A stretch of DNA of 63,238 nucleotides, counting the filler, from Octopus bimaculoides (Eukaryota), in NCBI RefSeq assembly GCF_001194135.2. It is 6 parts of 6 records of this genome, joined end to end, with 100 filler letters (N's around TTAATTAATTAA, not from the genome) between each part and the next. Parts side by side here need not be neighbours in the genome. Positions count along the whole stretch, not along the records: positions 7,729 to 31,266 come from NC_069004.1; positions 31,367 to 45,980 come from NC_068985.1; 4 more parts are not named here. One strand, written 5' to 3'. A model generated the notes under the pieces. The model was given only the letters and a program-made list of their open reading frames with translations. It was not told the origin of the DNA and made no database searches. The position numbers and the translations under genes were made by a program. This document shows, piece by piece, positions 24,279 to 36,687 of the stretch. Each line of letters starts with the position of its first letter. Position 1 is the first letter of the stretch.

Positions 24279-25924
24279 TCTGAATAACAACTCCTGACAT
24301 TCTTATCTTTGAGAAACGTTTCATTTCTTCTTAATAAATTCTTTCGCAAAGTATACCACTTCTGTCTTTCCTTTTTGTTGTTTGATTTTATCTCCCATTC
24401 AAATCACACAAAAAATACAGAAATATATTCATTTATAAGCGCTGTATATTCACAAAGTTTGCGTCCCAGTCGTTAAGTGTAGGGCTTTGTTACTACTGCT
24501 AAGGACGTTGAACAAGCTTATTCTATTTCAGTCACAACAAGACTAAATTTCTATGTGTAGGATAACTCCACGAGCACGGGAAGACGGTTTAGTTGGAGGA
24601 TTCCGGCCAAGATGGCGAAGAAACAATTGTTAAGCGATTTGTCTAGCGTGTTTAACAATCTGATAGTCTGGTCGTTTACATTGATATATGTGTGTGCGCT
24701 TGTGTGTGTGTAAGAGACTGTCTGTCTCTGTGTCTGTCTGTTTATCTATCTGTGTGTGCGTGTGTGAGAGCGGGCTTAAGAGTGTGTGCGCGTGTATCTG
24801 CGTGTGGGTGTGTCTGTTTGTGCACGCTCTCGTGCGTGGATGTGTGTTTGCGCTCTGGTGGTGTGTGTACATGTGTTTTGTGTCTTTTGTCTGTGTGCAT
24901 ATACATTGTAACAGGAAGTTTCAATCGGTGTGTCGAACATAGATCCTTCTATTTACTTTACATCGATTTTCACCGAGAGCATCTTTGTTTTTCGATATTA
25001 TGTCGTTGATAAAATGAGTCAGAATTACATTTAGTGCAGTCGACATGATCGACACTTGAACTCTTCTACTCAATATCTTCGTCTGGTTACACTTCAATGA
25101 GCTACGGTTTCTCCAATCACGACCATTTGTCAACAATGGCCCATCCAAAATGACTTCTAATATTAATCCATATGAAATTAAACGNNNNNNNNNNACTTAA
25201 AAAGCAAAAACAAAAATCGGTGCTCCAGCATGGCCGCAGTCCGGCGACTGAAACCATTGAAAGAATAAAAGAATAGGATCTCACAACATATAGAAATGTA
25301 ACCAAACACTGTTATTCATTTCGTCCGGCAATGCATGCCAATCTTTTACATTAGTATAGTTAAGGCAAAATACATACAAACATGCAAAATATACTCCGAC
25401 GTATTCTTCCATTCAGTCGGAAAAGTTGAACTTGGATGTTCCAATGCATATTTGACGTTATCTTTGAATAATGTAAGCAAATTATTGAAGGGCCCTATGT
25501 TTGTCAAATTAAATTATAAATATGTGCATTGGATAAACGAATATTCAGTGTCACAGCGTAGATATACTGTGATAAAACACAGCAATAATGCACACCTGAT
25601 TTATCTCCCTTACATGTAATCTTGATTTATATTCTAGAATTACTTCCCTTGAAACTCCTAGTCTTTTTTAATTCTTTTATTTTGTATCAATTATGTCGGA
25701 GATGAATAATTATTACCGTTACATATGTAAATCGAATGAATTCTCCGTTACAACACACATTTCGCAATTAGTCAGTGTGGGTTAAGAAACACTAGTTGGT
25801 ATAGGCGTATTTCATCAACAGAAAGAATGTTTTTTGGACAACCAACTGGAAATATGCGTCTTCTGTTACTGGAAACGGGCCGACTTGATGTAAAATTAAA
25901 AATACACTTTTTATGCTGAAATAT

Positions 25925-25925
<1 letters not shown>
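24279..25925 (-). repeat. Right arm of the interrupted inverted duplication
   Basis: See left arm; 24279-24595 is identical by eye to the reverse complement of 22491-22807. Confidence 0.9.
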
Positions 25926-25962
<37 letters not shown>

Positions 25963-26604
25963 TCTCTTTTTGCTCTTTTACTTGTTTCAGTCATTTGACT
26001 ACGGCCATGCTGGAGCACCGCCTTTAGTCGAGCAAATCGACCCCAGTACTTATTCTTTGGATGCCTAGTACTTATTCTATCGGTCGCTTTTGCTGAACNN
26101 NNNNNNNNNNNNNNNNNNNNNNNNNNNNNNNNNNNNNNNNNNNNNNNNNNNNNNNNNNNNNNNNNNNNNNNNNNNNNNNNNNNNNNNNNNNNNNNNNNNN
26201 NNNNNNNNNNNNNNNNNNNNNNNNNNNNNNNNNNNNNNNNNNNNNNNNNNNNNNNNNNNNNNNNNNNNNNNNNNNNNNNNNNNNNNNNNNNNNNNNNNNN
26301 NNNNNNNNNNNNNNNNNNNNNNNNNNNNNNNNNNNNNNNNNNNNNNNNNNNNNNNNNNNNNNNNNNNNNNNNNNNNNNNNNNNNNNNNNNNNNNNNNNNN
26401 NNNNNNNNNNNNNNNNNNNNNNNNNNNNNNNNNNNNNNNNNNNNNNNNNNNNNNNNNNNNNNNNNNNNNNNNNNNNNNNNNNNNNNNNNNNNNNNNNNNN
26501 NNNNNNNNNNNNNNNNNNNNNNNNNNNNNNNNNNNNNNNNNNNNNNNNNNATATATATATATATATATATATACATATATACGACGGGCTTCTTTCAGTT
26601 TCAG

Positions 26605-26930
26605 GAGGGTTTTTTTAGCAGTAAGTATAGCTAGGTTTTCTGATAGACAAAGATCGCAGCGTCTATTGGCGGTGTTGTATGATGTTGCTTTTGTGAGTAT
26701 ACGCCAGTTTAATCTATAATCCATTTTTGTATCCTTAAGTTCCCAAATGTATGTACTGAGCCCTATTAAGTTGGCCTTACTCCTATTTCTGAAGCTCGAT
26801 TAGTGTGCGTTATATCTAAGAATCATTTGGTTCTTAGTGGCGCCTATGTATGGTTTTGTCTGGCTATTTGTGTGCACGCCACATAGATAAACTACGTTAT
26901 TTGTCTTGCATTTATTTAAGAAATAGCACT
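26605..26930 (-). mobile_element. Penelope-like element fragment (GIY-YIG C-terminal region)
   Basis: YRLNWRILTKATSYNTANRRCDLCLSENLAIL is typical of the Penelope endonuclease end (W.IL......C.LCL.E...I). Confidence 0.65.
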
Positions 26931-27795
26931 TAGTTCTATCCCTGCAGCCTGTTATTCAGTTACAAAGAGTGTTTGTTTAAAAGGGTTTGAAAGAACCGCA
27001 ATTTATTGTTTGTCAGCATTATGATAACCCTAATATAACCCTAATATATATATGTATATATATATATAACGATGGTGAAAGCAAACAGACACAGACACAC
27101 TCACATAAATATATATATATATATATATANNNNNNNNNNNNNNNNNNNNNNNNNNNNNNNNNNNNNNNNNNNNNNNNNNNNNNNNNNNNNNNNNNNNNNN
27201 NNNNNNNNNNNNNNNNNNNNNNNNNNNNNNNNNNNNNNNNNNNNNNNNNNNNNNNNNNNNNNNNNNNNNNNNNNNNNNNNNNNNNNNNNNNNNNNNNNNN
27301 NNNNNNNNNNNNNNNNNNNNNNNNNNNNNNNNNNNNNNNNNNNNNNNNNNNNNNNNNNNNNNNNNNNNNNNNNNNNNNNNNNNNNNNNNNNNNNNNNNNN
27401 NNNNNNNNNNNNNNNNNNNNNNNNNNNNNNNNNNNNNNNNNNNNNNNNNNNNNNNNNNNNNNNNNNNNNNNNNNNNNNNNNNNNNNNNNNNNNNNNNNNN
27501 NNNNNNNNNNNNNNNNNNNNNNNNNNNNNNNNNNNNNNNNNNNNNNNNNNNNNNNNNNNNNNNNNNNNNNNNNNNNNNNNNNNNNNNNNNNNNNNNNNNN
27601 NNNNNNNNNNNNNNNNNNNNNNNNNNNNNNNNNNNNNNNNNNNNNNNNNNNNNNNNNNNNNNNNNNNNNNNNNNNNNNNNNNNNNNNNNNNNNNNNNNNN
27701 NNNNNNNNNNNNNNNNNNNNNNNNNNNNNNNNNNNNNNNNNNNNNNNNNNNNNNNNNNNNNNNNNNNNNNNNNNNNNNNNNNNNNNNNNNNNNNN

Positions 27796-28562
27796 GAATG
27801 GAAGTCATAACATCGCCATCACTAGTAATCACTCTAAATACTGATGTTGAATGGATGTTTGATCTTCATCACTCTCGGCACATGTTTTGGGGACACAGCA
27901 AGCCAACGGTTGTTCTGTGTGTTCACCATCTGATCCTGGCAGAATTTTCTCTCGTTTGAGGAAAACCAAAGTATGTTCGGTTGGAGAAGATGGAGGGGAT
28001 GCTTGAGTTTGTTCAAAAGCTTCATAGCGCGGTCTTTCCTCTTGTCCTTGATGGCTTGGAATAAAAATTGTCCCTTTCTCATCTTGCATGAGGAATACTG
28101 AGTGTTTTCATACACTAGTTGCCTCATAAGAAACTCAGACACTCCCATGTACTTGGCGATGGACCTGACTGGCTTGTAGGGAACGATGTTAATTATGGCC
28201 TGGATCTCACCAAAATATTCAGTTCTTTTCTTATCAGAACGATCATAGACAGTTTTCCGAGCTGCTGTACCTTCATAATCATTATTAGACTCATCCAACT
28301 CTTTCTCAATCCTCTGCACTTTCCTCAGATTGACACCCAAACACTCTGAAGTGTTCGTATTGAAGATTCCAGCGCGAATGCCAAGCAGTACAGCATGTCG
28401 TTTCCAAATTTCTGGCATAGTGAATTGTGTCGTTATGATGTTTTCCTCACAGACGGTGCCCAACTGGCCCTACTAAACTGTAGTCAAAAAAATCAAAAGC
28501 AGACAATGCACATGCGCGTAATTAAAAATATGAAATGGTGACTATTTCCCCATCGCACACTA
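27796..28562 (-). mobile_element. Tc1/mariner (maT/DD37D-like) transposon, 5' part; the rest is lost in the gap
   Basis: ORF 27834-28463 with HTH region and WFSSNERKFCQDQMVNTQNNRW..VPRVMKIKHP; terminal TAGTGTGCGATGGGGAAAT at about 28562. Confidence 0.75.
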
Positions 28563-28579
28563 TATGTATATATATTTAT

Positions 28580-28802
28580 ATACTCTTTTACTTGTTTCAA
28601 TCATTTGACTGCGGCTATGCTGGAGCACCGCCTTTAGTCGAGCAAATCCACCCCAGGGTTCATTCTTTGTAAGCATAGTACTTATTCTATCGGTCTCTTT
28701 TGCCAAACCGCTAAGTTATGGGGACGTAAACACACCAGCATCGGTTGTCAAGCGATGTTGAGGGACAGACATACACACACTCACACACACACACACACAC
28801 AT

Positions 28803-28839
<37 letters not shown>

Positions 28840-29180
28840 NNNNNNNNNNNNNNNNNNNNNNNNNNNNNNNNNNNNNNNNNNNNNNNNNNNNNNNNNNNNN
28901 NNNNNNNNNNNNNNNNNNNNNNNNNNNNNNNNNNNNNNNNNNNNNNNNNNNNNNNNNNNNNNNNNNNNNNNNNNNNNNNNNNNNNNNNNNNNNNNNNNNN
29001 NNNNNNNNNNATATATACATGATGGGCTTCTTTCAGTTTCCGTCTACCAAATCCACTCACAAAGCTTTGGTCGGCCCGAAGCCATAGTAGAAGACACTTG
29101 CCCAAAGTGCCACGCAGTGGGACTGAACCCGGAACCATGTGGTTGGGAAGCAAGCTACTTACCACACAGCCACTCCAGCA
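28580..29180 (-). mobile_element. SINE family A, near full length (internal microsatellite/gap)
   Basis: Tail ctcttttacttgtttc..gcctttagtcgagc and head ..gggactgaacccggaaccatgtggttgggaagcaagctacttaccacacagcc. Confidence 0.85.
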
Positions 29181-29380
29181 CCTATATATACACAAAAAAT
29201 TATTTGAAATACAAGTACTTGTCTTATCAACTGAGGATACTGGGGGAACGGCAGATAAAGTGTCTTTCTTAAGGACAAAACGTGTCACTGGGAATCGAAC
29301 TACCGAGCTTACAGTTGTGAGGCAAATACCCCTAAACATTAAGCCATCCACTTTTTTGCGTGCATTTATCTATATTTGTG

Positions 29381-29444
<64 letters not shown>

Positions 29445-29592
29445 TGTGTATGTCTGTGTGTATGTCTGTGTGTATGTGTGTGTGAATGTGTGTATATACA
29501 TATATATATTTATTTGTGTATGCATTTATATATGTGTATGTGTGCGCGTGTGTATACATGCATAGGCAGAAATGTACACAATACACATGCAC

Positions 29593-29628
<36 letters not shown>

Positions 29629-29829
29629 GCACGCACGCACACACACACACATACGCATGCACGCACGCACACACACGTGCCTTGTTTAATGATTGTAAAC
29701 TAGAATATTAAACGTAAAATTGCATCATCATCATAGTCCTTAAGTGTGACTCACATGACAGAAAGACAGACATAAGTGCAACGAACAAACCATCAACCTA
29801 GAGTAAAGCAAAATAACGATTGTACGGTA

Positions 29830-30052
29830 GAAGTGGTTACAGCTGTGCGCGGTTTAGTGTGGCGGGTGCATGGAGGGCGGAAAGAGAAAGTTTGCACCAG
29901 TATGGGCTAAAAAATCCAGGTCATTCCATGGTAGCACAAATGCTGTTCGGCACGATTGCGTGCTTTGAGTGAGCGGAGGTGGTTGCTGTGGCCAGGATCC
30001 AAAATCTCTGTGATCTCCAGTTGGCGGCTGACGAAAATTGTATCCGGTAACG
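29830..30052 (+). promoter_or_regulatory. CpG/GC-rich island, candidate promoter plus first exon (tentative)
   Basis: Local GC/CpG enrichment, GGGCGG and TGGCGGG boxes, and a donor-like CCG|GTAACG at 30046/47; no recognisable protein in any frame. Confidence 0.3.
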
Positions 30053-30137
30053 AAGGCTACGTGCTTTACATACAAGCGTGGATGTGTGTGTGTTTGCGTG
30101 TGTGTATGTGTGTGAGCAAATGTGTGTATTTGTGTGG

Positions 30138-30168
<31 letters not shown>

Positions 30169-30364
30169 NNNNNNNNNNNNNNNNNNNNNNNNNNNNNNNN
30201 NNNNNNNNNNNNNNNNNNNNNNNNNNNNNNNNNNNNNNNNNNNNNNNNNNNNNNNNNNNNNNNNNNNNNNNNNNNNNNNNNNNNNNNNNNNNNNNNNNNN
30301 NNNNNNNNNNNNNNNNNNNNNNNNNNNNNNNNNNNNNNNNNNNNNNNNNNNNNNNNNTATATGA

Positions 30365-30533
30365 TTCGCGCTGGCGTACCAGTGTGGTAAGAGGCTTGCT
30401 TCCCAATAATATGGTTTTAGGTTCAGTCCCTCTGCTTGGCACCTTGGACAAGTATCTTCTACTGTATCCCAGGGCCGACCAAAGCCTTGTGAGTGAATTT
30501 AGTGGATGGAAATTGAAAGAAACTTGTCGTATA

Positions 30534-30575
<42 letters not shown>

Positions 30576-30760
30576 CTTGCCCCTCAATCACCTCCTGACA
30601 ACCGGTGTTAATGTGTTTATGTCCCCGTGAATTAGTAGTTCGGCAAAAAAAAGTCCAATAGAGTAAAGACTAGGCTTTAAAAAAAGAAGACGTCCTGGGG
30701 TCTATTTGTTCGATTAAGACCCTTCAAAGCGGCCGCAGTCAAACAAGTAAAAAAATTTAA
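30365..30760 (+). mobile_element. SINE family A, full length; oppositely oriented heads at about 30835-30985 and 31540-31700
   Basis: gtggtaagaggcttgcttccc..ggttcagtccc..gcaccttggacaagt..cttcaaagcggccgcagtc. Confidence 0.8.
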
Positions 30761-31036
30761 AAACATATATATATGCACGTATAACATGGACTATAGAATG
30801 CATGCAGGCGTATGCCTCTTTGTGAATTTATATATACATGGCCGCTATGAAATTCATTCAAAAGGCTTCGGTCGGCCTGGAGCTATAGTAGAAGGCATTA
30901 GGCACCCCTCGGAAGTACCGCGCACAAGGACTGAACTCGACACCACGTAGTTGCAAACCGAGCTTCTGATCCACACAGCCATGCCTATATACATATGTTT
31001 ATACAGAGAGAAGGACAAATCGATAGAGAGAGAGAC

Positions 31037-31082
<46 letters not shown>

Positions 31083-31084
31083 AG

Positions 31085-31133
<49 letters not shown>

Positions 31134-31219
31134 TGTAGGAAGTGAATGACCTTGAGAATATCCTTGACTTTGACTTTAACATAACGCCAAAAAGGAAAGA
31201 AGAAAGGAAGATATGAACA

Positions 31220-31266
<47 letters not shown>

Positions 31267-32405
31267 NNNNNNNNNNNNNNNNNNNNNNNNNNNNNNNNNN
31301 NNNNNNNNNNTTAATTAATTAANNNNNNNNNNNNNNNNNNNNNNNNNNNNNNNNNNNNNNNNNNNNCCCTGCTTATTCTAGGTCATACGGGGGTGATTGC
31401 ATATTCAGAATCTCTCATATGTAAATTGTAAGAATACGAAAATTTATTTACTGAAAAATTGCCGTGGGGAGGGGGGTAAAAATTCATTGCATGCCCAACC
31501 CCGGAAGTCACCGCACGCCACTGATATATATATACATATATACAATGGGCTTCTTTCAGTTTCCGTCTACCAAATCCACTCAGAAGGCTTTGGTCAGCCC
31601 GAGGCTATAGTAGAAGACACTTGCCAAAGGTGCCACACTGTGGGACTGAACCCGGAACCATGTGGTTGGTAAGCAAGCTACTTACCACACAGCCACTCCT
31701 GCACTGTCTGTTTTTTACATTTAACTTTTATTTAAGTAAAGCATGAGTACTTTTAGTGCATGTGCCTGTTAACTATGGTGTGTGTTGAGAGTGACTATGT
31801 CATATAAGTGTGTGGTATGTATATAGCATGTGTGTGGTATGTATATAGTATGAGTGTGTGATATATGTATAGTGTGCGTGTGGTATACGTGTAGCATGTG
31901 TTATGCAGAAACACAAAATTCTGACAAAACATAAACATACGTATGATTTTTTTTGTCATGATTTTAACAAAAGTCATGTTTATAGCTTTACTACAAGAAG
32001 TATCTCACTGTATTAAGGTATTGAGACTGAACATACATAAAACATGTTTCAAAATAACACTACCCACTAATGTGATGATTTTATATATACTTCAGCCATG
32101 TAACCACAAATGTGCAGTTGCTGATATTTTTCTTTCTCTGGACTTTTCCCTTTTCCTTTTTGGTGAAGGGTTTTTGACGTTCAAAACGCCAAAAACCCTC
32201 TCTTTTTTCTACCTTTACCAAATGTCAAACTAATACATTTCATTTGCACATACCCTTGTTTTGTCTTTATTATTTTTAATGTTCAGTTATTCAATTTGTG
32301 TGTGTTTATGTGTGTGTGTGTGTGTGTATACACACACATACATATGAAAGAGGGGGAGGGATTAAGAGGAAATTAAAACAAATACTGTCATAAGCTTAGG
32401 CACAG

Positions 32406-32465
32406 AACTTCTGAATAGGTATTGTGAGTGTACAGCTGTACACTCACAATACCTATTCAGAAGTT
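32406..32465. repeat. Perfect 60-bp palindrome without spacer
   Basis: aacttctgaataggtattgtgagtgtacag|ctgtacactcacaatacctattcagaagtt. Confidence 0.97.
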
Positions 32466-32469
32466 ATGC

Positions 32470-33120
32470 ATGGGCACATATCCTACAAGATAGAGAATAC
32501 TAACATGATTGACAAGAATCGTAGCTTCTACTTGACCTATGACAGCTACATCACATCTCACCTAAAAAGCTATGCCTCACTAACAGGTGAGAGCTACTAA
32601 ATATCTGATCGATAAGAGAGATAAAGATGTCTCTAAACCCCCAGTATCTGTCTAAATATGTTTGCAAGGTACTACCTGAGACATGATATCACTAAAACCA
32701 TCTACATTACTATTCATAAGAAAGATTGCCCTGATGGTCATACCAAATGCACAACAGAATCAGAATGCATCCACACCTTTGAAAAGAAAGAACACTAGTG
32801 AAACATTCCAATAGAAATAACAACTTGGTGTAAACACATTAGGCCAGGTAATGTTTTGTTACAGATATCAGCTGTCTAGTAGATAGTCAAAAATTAGGAA
32901 AAAGGAAAACACCTATGGAGAACTAACGAGAAACTTACAACTCTTACATCAAACTACAGATTTTCATTAGTACCTACTATCATAGATGCACTGGGCTATG
33001 TAACAAGTGATTTGTGTGATAGCTTAGAAATGCTGGATTTCTCTAAGAACAAAGTAAACTGGCTTGCTTTCTCCAAATACAATTGATTAGCAATGCTGGG
33101 AAAATTCATAAGACAATCCA
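32470..33120 (+). mobile_element. Old R4/Dong-like LINE 3' fragment
   Basis: Homologous to 18.6-19.0 kb (atatcagctgtc..gaaaacacctatggagaact..gcactgggctatgtaac). Confidence 0.65.
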
Positions 33121-33344
33121 GCCTATCCTTTTTTTCAGACATAGTATATATATATTTCTAAACTGTTCAATGTGTCTCTCCATTTTTTAAACTTTACTGA
33201 TTTTTCATTTTAACAGCTTGGCCATAATTGAGACTTTCCATATGTACAGTATACATAAATCTTTACTAACATGTGCATATACAAACAATTTCAAATACAA
33301 TAGGTATTTAAATAAAATGTACATTGGTAATGCAGATAAGACAC

Positions 33345-33560
33345 AAGGGCAGCAAGCTGGCAGAATCATTAGCACGCCAGGCAAAATGCTTAGCAGCATT
33401 TCATCTGTCTTTACATTCTGAGTTCAAATTCTGCTGAGGTTGATTTTGCCTTTCATCCTTTCAGGGTCAATACAATAAGCACCAGTTGAATATTGAGGTC
33501 AATCAAATCAACTTACCCCATCTCCTGAAGTTACTGGTCATGTTCCAAAATTTGAAACCA
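33345..33560 (+). mobile_element. Nin/Deu-core SINE; further copies at about 37500-37610(-), 39410-39625(-), 45115-45330(-), 49035-49220(+), 49298-49505(+), 50172-50385(+)
   Basis: gctggcagaatcattagcacgccaggcaaaatgcttag..gagttcaaattc..gcctttcatcctttcagggtc..accagttg. Confidence 0.8.
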
Positions 33561-34059
33561 ATATTAGATAAGGCACTGGCAATTAATGATTTCTTTTGAA
33601 TCCATTGATGTGTACAGTTGGCTAAAAGAGTCAGACAAACAATCTTTATTGGTTTGGATAATATGTAATTCTTTTTCCCTTTACATATGATAAAAATATC
33701 ATCATTATTTTCATGCCTACTTTTCCATGCTTGCATGGGCCAGACAAGAGCATATTGGGACAGAGTTTTCTGCAGCAGGATGCCCTTCTTAGCACCAGCT
33801 GTCACCTGTTTCCAGGCAAGGTAATCATCATCTAAAAAAGTAAATATTGTTGAGGAGCTGATCAGAGTGTTTTGATCAGAGGACGGGGAGCAGAGCCCAT
33901 GACCTTTTCAGGTCCACTGAGAGGGGGTGATTAGAAGGGTGGAAGAAATCAGAAGCTTTGTTTCACAGTAAAAAGCAGCCAAGGAACAGGTGGTGGTGCT
34001 AAACTGGGTGAAACTTTGTCTCACCTCACTTTTGGTAAGAGCATATATGAGATCTTTTC

Positions 34060-34570
34060 TCTGTGACCATTTACAAATGGCTAAATGCATATGGATGAGA
34101 ACAGCTGTGTAAAGAAGTGTCGATCTATAACTGTGGTGGGAACCTGTGGAAGAGGTACACCCAAAAAGATGCAGGATGAAGTGGTGAAATATGACCTTCA
34201 GATGTTGAGTCTCATGGAGGTGATGACAAGTGACAGAGACTTTTGGCGATTTGTTGTGCTTGAGAAGACACATCAAGTGAAATGAAATTGTAGTCATGGC
34301 CAATGCCAGTGGCATGCAAAAGGCACCCATGCCAGTGATATGTTAAAAGGTTCCTGTGCTGGTGACATGTAAAAGGCACTCATGCCAGTGACATGTAACA
34401 GACACCCAGTATACTCTATGGAGTGGTTGGCATTTGGAAGGGCATCCAGCCATGAAAACCAAACCAAAATAGACTGGAGTCTGGTACAGCTCTCTGGCTT
34501 ACCAGTTCTAGTCAAACCATCTAACCCATGCCAGCATGGAAAACAGACACTAAATGATGATGATGATAAC
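34060..34570 (+). mobile_element. RTE-like LINE 3' end with its (GAT)n-tailed 3' region
   Basis: MDENSCVKKCR..GTCGRGTPKKMQDEVVKYDL..LEKT, followed by ggaagggcatccagc..aacccatgccagcatggaaa..(gat)n. Confidence 0.7.
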
Positions 34571-36412
34571 TCTCCAAGAGAACCATGGAAAGGACAAATT
34601 AAAAAGAAAATTGTATATAAATATAAAGAAATATATATCAACTGTTTTACTTCACTTTGCTTTCTGGGCACTAGTTTTGATTATTAGCTGTATATGATAG
34701 CATATGTGTACACACGTGTATGTGTGTATGATCAATTCCATTTTAAACCCATCAAATCCAGGCATCTTTCACTAGGTCTTGTAGACATTTTCCTTGAGTA
34801 TGGGAGTTTCACTCATAGCACTCAAAAAATTAAATAATAATAGAATATTGATGTAGAAGTGTTTCTGCAGATCCAAGTGACATATGTCTGAAAATGCAAA
34901 GAATAATAAACTTGGCATGTACATGTGAGAATTTGACAGTTGTTTCATCCCTGTGATATTTTGCTTACCTAAGGAATCAATATTATGCCATTGAATGAGA
35001 ATGTAAGCACCATTGTTTACTAAACACATGTAAGATATATTAGGTCCAACAATAATATTTAAAAGTACAGTTTCTCTCAAGATATATCATTATCTTTTAC
35101 TCTGGGCTAAGATATCTAGAATTACAACAAATGTGACCAAAATCACCAAATTATAGATGAAAGATGGAGCACATATTGGGTTATATATCTGTTTTTTCTT
35201 TTAGATTCTTATTTATATATACAATATAATTTGGGTAAAAACCTCATAACATGCATTTAAGAATTCTTATGTTGTTATTTGGCTACCACAGTAGGGTATA
35301 TTCCAGGGCTGAATACATATGCTGAAAAATATTCAGTTATATAGTAATTTTAAAGAATGATCTTCAATAATGGTTTTTGAATATAAACTCAGCAACTTAA
35401 AGCTAGTATGCTGTGCAAATACAAATGTGATCTACTATTAAAGCTTGATATCCTCCATCCTCATGTTATATTATTCTCATATATTCTTTAAGAAGTATCA
35501 CTCCAAAACTCACCCTTCTCAAGCAGCCCCAAAGACTGACAATCCAAGTAATATGTGATGCTACTACCATATCTTACCATGGTCTTAAATTTATTAAGAT
35601 CACCCCGTGATATTTACAGCAAGAACTATAAAAAAAAAATTCTGAATTCCAATTTTTGTAGAGCTCTTTTAACAATTTTCTGAATTCTTTCAAAAGGAAA
35701 AATGTTAGCTTTGTGTAGTATTTTCTTTTGCTATCTCAGACGATGTAAAAATGAAAAGGTAAAAATTGCCTATTTTCCTTTTATTGATCGTTAGAATTTT
35801 GCATATGGTGCTGATAAGTGTCTTATGATCTGACTGCCTTCTTCAATCGATTCTAAGTCTGGTTAGACTTTCATAAAAACAACTTGTTTATGAAACTTAT
35901 GTTCCTCTTTGATATAATTCTTTAATTCAGCTTAGATCATATTTTTTTTACTGTATTTCATTTTAGTCTCTTCCTTCCATCTTTTTAACAAAGTAGTCAG
36001 TGTTAAATTCCAGAAACATCTTAGTTTTTCTGTCTTAGTTTTTCTCTCTCTCTCTCTCTCACACATATGTGTGAGAGAGAGAGAGAGAGAGAGATCTTTT
36101 GTCTTTTACTTCTTTCAGTCATTGGACTGTGGTCATACTGGGGCACTGCTTTGGAAAGTTTAATCTAACAAATTGCCCCCATATTCCCAGTAATTATATT
36201 CTTTTTACTCTGGTAGTTATTCTATCAATCTCTTTTGCTGAACCACTAAAATTACAAGGACATAAACAAACCAACACTGGTTGTCAAGCAGAGTGTAAGG
36301 GGTGATAAACACAGACACAAAGACATTCACACATACATATATATATATGTATGTGTGTATATATATATATGTATGTATGTATGTATGTATATATATATTT
36401 ATATATATCGCT

Positions 36413-36687
36413 TGTAGCAGAAATACATAAATCCGGAGGAGAACATTGCAAGTTATGCAGCTTCCACTGTAAGATGTGCTAGACTCATAGTTTAGTACCT
36501 GAATAACACCTTATAGCTTTATTGGAGCCTCAAACGTTGCAAGTTACGCATTGCTGAATACACAAGAATCCTAAAAGACTTGATCGTGCCAGGGAGCATC
36601 CTGAACTCCAGGACAGAGACTTTTGGGCCATGCTTGCATTTTAGAAAAGTCCTGCTGGCATTTTGGAATCTACAAGGCGATGCTACA
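36413..36687 (-). mobile_element. Possible solo LTR, 275 bp
   Basis: TG..CA ends with a 7-bp terminal inverted repeat TGTAGCA/TGCTACA and an internal AATAAA on the minus strand; no clean TSD (only GCT). Confidence 0.4.

Noticed and set aside
21950-25129. Inverted repeat interpreted as one foldback transposon
   Set aside because: No TSD at these boundaries, and homology resumes further out (21370-21590 vs 25695-25925).
29928-30046. Selenoprotein-type TGA read-through (MVAQMLFGTIACFE*AEVVAV..)
   Set aside because: No recognisable selenoprotein motif and no SECIS evidence; a single in-frame TGA is expected by chance.
36043-36090. 48-bp palindrome (TC)9-ACACATATGTGT-(GA)9
   Set aside because: Built from simple repeats, so it is easily produced by slippage or chance.
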